Positions 59,348-64,000 of a stretch of 64,000 bases of DNA are shown piece by piece. Both the position numbers and the translations under genes were made by a program. Source of the DNA: Candidatus Kaiserbacteria bacterium (lineage in GTDB: Bacteria > Patescibacteriota > Minisyncoccia > Phycocordibacterales > Phycocordibacteraceae); NCBI GenBank assembly GCA_027451665.1, contig DAIDIW010000001.1, forward strand, positions 5,354 through 69,353, written 5' to 3'. Position 1 is the first letter of the stretch, and every line of letters begins with the position of its first letter. The notes beneath the pieces are model-generated. The model searched no databases and was not told where the DNA came from. It saw nothing but the letters and a program-made list of their open reading frames with translations.

Positions 59348-59477
59348 GTTATGCAATGGGTTTCCTATAGTGCAAAAACGGCTTTGTAGAGCCGCTTTTG
59401 CACTATAGAACTAGCCATCCCGTCAAAATCCTCTCGTGAACCCTTGTGGACGAAGGAAAGGCCCCTCTGCTCCACTT

Positions 59478-59551
59478 TGGTGCGGCTAAGGAGAATCGAA
59501 CTCCTGTCTCGTCCTTGGCAAGGACGCGTTCTACCACTAAACCATAGCCGC
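59478..59551 (-). tRNA. tRNA-Gly(GCC), CCA encoded
   Basis: GCGGCTA/TAGCCGC acceptor, CGTCC-TTGCCAA-GGACG, AGTTCGATTCT, ends ACCA. Confidence 0.94.
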
Positions 59552-59599
59552 GTGAGGCCTATATTCGCACATATACCACGTTCCTTCAATACGTTGTTG

Positions 59600-59672
59600 C
59601 GCGCCCGGCAGGACTTGAACCCACAACCCCCTCATCCGAAGTGAGGTGCTCTATCCATTGAGCTACGGGCGC
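59600..59672 (-). tRNA. tRNA-Arg(TCG)
   Basis: GCGCCCG/CGGGCGC acceptor, CCTCA-CTTCGGA-TGAGG, GGTTCAAGTCC. Confidence 0.93.
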
Positions 59673-59687
59673 TTGCGTTAGCTAAGC

Positions 59688-60368
59688 CTACTGCCTTGCT
59701 CGGTAATCTTCAAGAAAGAGGTCGGTTAAGAACCCCATCTTCCTTCCATTCAAACCTCTCGTCAGTTCGAGTCGCGGACAACCTCGGTAATCTGGGCGCT
59801 TCTTGGCCAGACGGCTAGCCGGCTTGAACACCGTCTTCCTAAAATTAAAAAGTGGGATATTAAGCGTCTTCGCCCACCACTCCTCTTTTCGTTCATGAGC
59901 GACGGGCCTACGGGCGTACAGACGTATTCCAATGTCACCCCGAGGAATCTCAAAGTATTTCTCGAGCCAGTCCAACATAAGAATATGCGCATTTTCGTCC
60001 GAGTTCATAAAAAAGAATGCTCCCCCACTCCTTTTCGCCCCTTCGGCCCAATACAGGATGATTCCTGCCACAAAGAAAGGATCGCTCTTATGAGAAGCGT
60101 ACTTTGTTCTCATTTCCTCAAACATCTTCCGGTCTCGCTCCTCCCTGTCGGATCGGTGTGCGGCAGCAGCCTTTAGTCGCCCCTTTAACGCTCCTTCTGA
60201 TGTGCGATGTTTAAGGAGGCGTCTTTCTTCCTCCGACAGCGGCACGTCGCGGAGCCAAAGGGAAAGTGTGCTCCGCGCAACAGGTACTCGCTGCAAAATC
60301 TCGTTATAGCTGCAGCCCTTTTTTCGTAGCGCGACTGCGTAGGCCTTCTCCAGAACCTTGGGTGTCAT
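59688..60368 (-). CDS. HTH + LAGLIDADG-like domain protein
   Basis: LRKKGCSYNEI...VARSTLSLWLRD (HTH); GIILYWAEGAK..FFMNSD (LAGLIDADG-like helix); AT-richer than its flanks. Confidence 0.65.
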   Translation of the reverse strand: MTPKVLEKAYAVALRKKGCSYNEILQRVPVARSTLSLWLRDVPLSEEERRLLKHRTSEGALKGRLKAAAAHRSDREERDRKMFEEMRTKYASHKSDPFFVAGIILYWAEGAKRSGGAFFFMNSDENAHILMLDWLEKYFEIPRGDIGIRLYARRPVAHERKEEWWAKTLNIPLFNFRKTVFKPASRLAKKRPDYRGCPRLELTRGLNGRKMGFLTDLFLEDYRARQ

Positions 60369-60428
60369 ATAAGTACTATATTAACGCAGTTCGGAAGAAA
60401 GTAGCCCTATCTGTGCTACGATTCCGCT

Positions 60429-61892
60429 ATGCAATTCCGCATTCCGGAAGAGGTGACAAAAGTCTCGGGCGGCCTTCGATCCGCTGGCTATGAGTCGTAC
60501 CTCGTGGGGGGCTGCGTGCGAGACCTCCTCATCGGGCGCGAACCAAAGGACTGGGATGTGACCACGAATGCTACTCCTAATGAGATTCAGAAGGTATTTC
60601 CCGAGTCCTTCTATGAGAATGACTATGGCACCGTAGGCGTGAAGACTGGGTCTTCCGACTCCCGTACGGAAATCATCGAGGTCACTCCTTACCGCCTTGA
60701 ATCAGAATATTCTGACCGTCGCCGCCCTGATACGGTCAAGTTCGGCACTTCCCTACCTGAAGACCTTGCACGCCGAGATTTCACAGTGAATGCGATTGCG
60801 CTCGATGAAGCAAAAGGACAGATCGTTGACCCGTATGAGGGCCAAAAGGACATAAAGGACAGAATGCTCCGCACGGTCGGCGATCCTGATGAGCGCTTCA
60901 ATGAAGACGCGTTGCGTATGATACGCGCCGTACGTCTCGTGGCTGAGCTCGGGTTCGGCATTGATGGGGTAACGGCAACGGCAATACATCAGAACAGTAA
61001 GTATCTTCGACACGTTTCACGTGAAAGAATACGGGATGAGCTTGTCAGGATACTTAAATCAGATCGGCCTATGGAGGCTCTCCTGCTCTGTAATCAGTTA
61101 AATATTCTGGAATATATCGTTCCGGATCTCATTCGCGGCATCGGCATCGAGCAAAACCAAGCGCATTCTTACGATGTCTTCGAGCACAATCTTCGGACGA
61201 TGCAGCATGCTGCGGATAAGGGGTGGGGCTTCGACGTCCGTCTTGCGGGTCTGTATCACGATATCTCGAAGCCCGAGACGCGTCGCTGGTCTGATGAGAA
61301 GAAAGACTGGACATTCCATGGGCATGACGTTGTTGGTTCACGTGTAACAAAAAAGGCGCTTGAGGAACTTCACTTTTCACGAGAAACCATTGAGAAGGTG
61401 ACGAAGCTGGTCCGCTGGCATATGTTCTTCTCTGATCCCGACCAGGTTACGCTCTCAGCTGTCCGCCGCATCATCACAAATGTCGGTACAGAGAATATAA
61501 GCGATCTGCTGAAGCTCCGGGTCTGCGACCGCATAGGTACGGGACGTCCGAAAGAGCAGCCCTTCCGCCTCCGAAAGTACATGGCGATGGTCGATCAGGC
61601 GCTCCGAGACCCGATTTCCGTGGCGATGCTTAAGACCGACGGAAGCCGCATCATTGAAAAGTTCGACGAGAAACCTGGACCGAAGATCGGTTTCCTGCTC
61701 CATGCGCTCCTAGAGGAAGTGCTCGATGATCCGCAGCGGAACACGGAGGACTACCTCGACAACCGAACAGAAGAACTTCTAAAGCTTCCGGAAACTGAGC
61801 TTAAGAAACTCGGAGAGGCTGGCAAGAAGGCCAGGGAAGCAAAGGAAGATGAGGAGGTGCGTCAAATCATGGAGAAGCACCACGTCTGCTGA
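60429..61892 (+). CDS. cca: CCA tRNA nucleotidyltransferase with HD domain
   Basis: VGGCVRD, DWDVTT, DLARRDFTVNA, EDALRMIRAVR, YHDISKP. Confidence 0.94.
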   Translation: MQFRIPEEVTKVSGGLRSAGYESYLVGGCVRDLLIGREPKDWDVTTNATPNEIQKVFPESFYENDYGTVGVKTGSSDSRTEIIEVTPYRLESEYSDRRRPDTVKFGTSLPEDLARRDFTVNAIALDEAKGQIVDPYEGQKDIKDRMLRTVGDPDERFNEDALRMIRAVRLVAELGFGIDGVTATAIHQNSKYLRHVSRERIRDELVRILKSDRPMEALLLCNQLNILEYIVPDLIRGIGIEQNQAHSYDVFEHNLRTMQHAADKGWGFDVRLAGLYHDISKPETRRWSDEKKDWTFHGHDVVGSRVTKKALEELHFSRETIEKVTKLVRWHMFFSDPDQVTLSAVRRIITNVGTENISDLLKLRVCDRIGTGRPKEQPFRLRKYMAMVDQALRDPISVAMLKTDGSRIIEKFDEKPGPKIGFLLHALLEEVLDDPQRNTEDYLDNRTEELLKLPETELKKLGEAGKKAREAKEDEEVRQIMEKHHVC

Positions 61893-61966
61893 AGCGAGAT
61901 GTTACACGAGAAACGTCATGGATAGGTATCCACGGCGTTTCTCGTGTAACAGTAATATGTGAAACA
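61013..61966. repeat. parS-like 16-bp palindrome array
   Basis: CGTTTCACGTGAAAGA 61013, TGGTTCACGTGTAACA 61334, CTTTTCACGAGAAACC 61373, TGTTACACGAGAAACG 61900, CGTTTCTCGTGTAACA 61936, half-site ATGTGAAACA ~61957; consensus is TGTTTCACGTGAAACA. Confidence 0.75.
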
Positions 61967-62295
61967 TATATAAAAATGTAAGAAGACCGCCCACGGGTTG
62001 GCTAGGCGGTAAAGAGCGGGGGCTTTGATTGATGCCTAGGCCAGGAGAAATGGGGCGGTCTCTTGGATGTGCTTCACTGTAAGACGAATCCTGACTCATC
62101 TTGGTAAGAGCGGATACGCCGCGAGGACCGTTAGCAGGTTCGCAAACAGAGAAGATACGGATCGGAATGTGCTAGAAGGTACAACTCGAAAGAGAGGCGT
62201 CCGAAGGGCCGGACTCATCTCTCCTCCTTCACGTAGGATACTCGTATAAAAGACAAAGTAAATACGGCGCCTGTGGATATTGTCCTTTAGGTCCT

Positions 62296-63093
62296 TTAAG
62301 CGATATCAAGCGAGACAGGACAGTGGTCTGAGCCCATGATTTCTGGGTGGATATTTGCATCTGAAAGATGCTTTTCAAGTCGTTTGCTTGCGAAGATGTA
62401 GTCGATGCGCCAGCCGACGTTGCGTTCGCGCGCATGCTGCCAGTGCGTCCACCAAGTGTACTTCTTGGGCTCATCCGGATGGAAATGGCGGAATGTATCG
62501 ATGAATCCTGCCGCTTCTATGTTGTCAGCTCCCTCGCGTTCTTCCTTCGTGTAGCCGTGTTCGCCCTCATTCTGCTTAGGGTGTGCGAGATCGATAGGGT
62601 GGTGAGCGACGTTCAGATCGCCGCAGAAAATAACGGGTTTCTCCTCCTCGAGCTGCTTCATATAGGCCAGGAATGCAGGATCCCATTGTTTGTGGCGTAA
62701 GGGAAGGCGAGAAAGGTCTCCCTTGGAATTCGGAGTGTAGACGGACACCACCCAGAGCTTCCCGGTGTCGAGCGCGATGACGCGACCCTCCTCGTTCAAG
62801 TCCCCGTAGCCGTCGTCTGCAAGCTTGTATGCCTTAGCAAGATCGTTAGGAATCCCGTAAAGGACATTCTGAGGCGTACCCTTGTAAAAGATGGCCGTAC
62901 CGCTGTAGCCCTTCTTCTTGGCGGAATTCCAGAATTCCTCGTACTCAGGCAGGTCGATAGGAGACTGATGCTGCTCCGCCTTGGTCTCCTGAAGACAGAC
63001 GATGTCAGGTCGGAGCTTCTTCAACATAGGCTCGAAGTCTCCTTTCTTGCAGACCGCCCGGATGCCGTTTACGTTCCAGGAAACGATTCTCAT
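62296..63093 (-). CDS. xth: Exodeoxyribonuclease III
   Basis: SWNVNGIRA, LQETK, GYSG, GDLNVAH, GWRIDY, SDHCP. Confidence 0.95.
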   Translation of the reverse strand: MRIVSWNVNGIRAVCKKGDFEPMLKKLRPDIVCLQETKAEQHQSPIDLPEYEEFWNSAKKKGYSGTAIFYKGTPQNVLYGIPNDLAKAYKLADDGYGDLNEEGRVIALDTGKLWVVSVYTPNSKGDLSRLPLRHKQWDPAFLAYMKQLEEEKPVIFCGDLNVAHHPIDLAHPKQNEGEHGYTKEEREGADNIEAAGFIDTFRHFHPDEPKKYTWWTHWQHARERNVGWRIDYIFASKRLEKHLSDANIHPEIMGSDHCPVSLDIA

Positions 63094-63150
63094 GCGTGTA
63101 TTCTAGCGCAGGGCTGAAAAGGGCCCGAGTAGTGCGACGCATGCGCCGCG

Positions 63151-64000
63151 TCAGTCCGAACGTGAATGGAATCTCTTGTGCACTTCTCGTAAATGGGCAT
63201 CCGTTACATGCGTATAGATCTGCGTCGTGTTGATCGAGGCGTGTCCTAAGAGCTGTTGCACCGAGCGGATATCGGCCCCGTTCGAAAGGAGATCAGTCGC
63301 GAAGGAGTGGCGCAGGACGTGGGGCGTCACTTTCTTTGTAATGCCGGCCATAGCCGCGTATTTCTTTATATGGCGCTGGATGTCCCTTGGCGCGATGCGA
63401 TGGGGGTGCTTGGGGCGGCCATCCACAAAGAGCGCTTCTTCCATATCCTTGCGCGCCTTGAGGTACGCGCGCACGGCATCTTTGGCAGCGTCGGAAACGA
63501 ACACGACGCGCACCTTCTCGCCCTTGCCGCGAACCGATAGATCATCACGAGAGAGGTCGAGGTCGTTATCGAGGCCACAGAGCTCGGAGACGCGCAGTCC
63601 CGTAGAAAAGAGGAGCTCGAGAATGGCCTTATCACGCAAATAGCTGAGCCGTTTCCATTCGTCCTTCTCCTTTACGAACGCCTCTGCGGGGGCACGAATA
63701 AGACGCGCGAGCTCGGAAGGGGAGATGAGGTCGAGCTGGCGCTCAGGGAGCTTTGCGAGCTCGATGCGCTCAGGGGAGATGCACTCGATACTGCGCTTCC
63801 GGAGGAATTTGAGGAACGCACGTAGCGCAATCATGTAGTAGTTCTGGGTACGCCGCTTCATAGAGTCCCGTCCGCTGCCAGGCTGGCGGTTCAACCACAT
63901 GCGGAAGTCGCGGATGCTCTGCTCGGAGATGTCGGCGACTTTCCGTATCTCCATCTGCGCGAAATAGCGCGTGAGATATCGGTCGTAATTCTCGACCGTC
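63151..64000 (-). CDS. XerC/XerD-like tyrosine recombinase (5' end outside the window)
   Basis: STGLRVSEL, GKGEKVR, TPHVLRHSFAT, LLGHASINTTQIYTH. Confidence 0.92.
   Translation of the reverse strand, partial: TVENYDRYLTRYFAQMEIRKVADISEQSIRDFRMWLNRQPGSGRDSMKRRTQNYYMIALRAFLKFLRKRSIECISPERIELAKLPERQLDLISPSELARLIRAPAEAFVKEKDEWKRLSYLRDKAILELLFSTGLRVSELCGLDNDLDLSRDDLSVRGKGEKVRVVFVSDAAKDAVRAYLKARKDMEEALFVDGRPKHPHRIAPRDIQRHIKKYAAMAGITKKVTPHVLRHSFATDLLSNGADIRSVQQLLGHASINTTQIYTHVTDAHLREVHKRFHSRSD

Noticed and set aside
61900-61951. Terminator or dif site for the nearby Xer recombinase
   Set aside because: The arms match parS rather than the XerD arm TTATGTTAAAT, and the locus appears origin-proximal. 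It may still act as a terminator for cca.
63151-64000. Prophage/ICE integrase
   Set aside because: Flanked by housekeeping xth and cca, with XerC/D-type motifs and no mobile cargo visible.
1-64000. CRISPR array, rRNA, tmRNA, RNase P RNA, IS elements
   Set aside because: No regularly spaced direct repeats, conserved RNA signatures or transposase motifs were seen.

Overview
GC-rich chromosomal window from a small-genome bacterium that looks like Patescibacteria/CPR (Parcubacteria-like). This is inferred from the reduced PolA, HolA and YebC, the PrgI-VirB4-pilin cluster beside yidC, two PilB/GspE paralogs and tRNA-Arg(GCG). The window spans the dnaN-dnaA/rpmH-rnpA-yidC locus and mostly core genes (ruvABC, polA, recJ, rnhA, pgk, tpiA, nusA, clpP, rny, HU, cca, xth, a Xer-type recombinase, type IV pilus genes) plus seven tRNAs. 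The left ~6.5 kb is an accessory/defence island bounded by a truncated PAP2 gene. It carries a Type III R-M system, an excisionase-like HTH gene, a membrane-protein gene under a highly structured, apparently bistable SD-sequestering RNA leader, a proteasome-beta-like Ntn protease, and a HigB-HigA(long tail)-third-gene operon that resembles a toxin-antitoxin-chaperone system without SecB. Other signals not explained by the ORF track: a probable 6S RNA, a parS-like array and a second DnaA-box cluster ~32-34 kb from dnaA, a ~280-nt structured intergenic RNA candidate, a 38-aa hyper-acidic micropeptide, a tRNA-Pro inside a 13-bp extended acceptor helix, and pervasive leaderless promoters. All calls come from reading the sequence by eye; no searches or folding programs were run.
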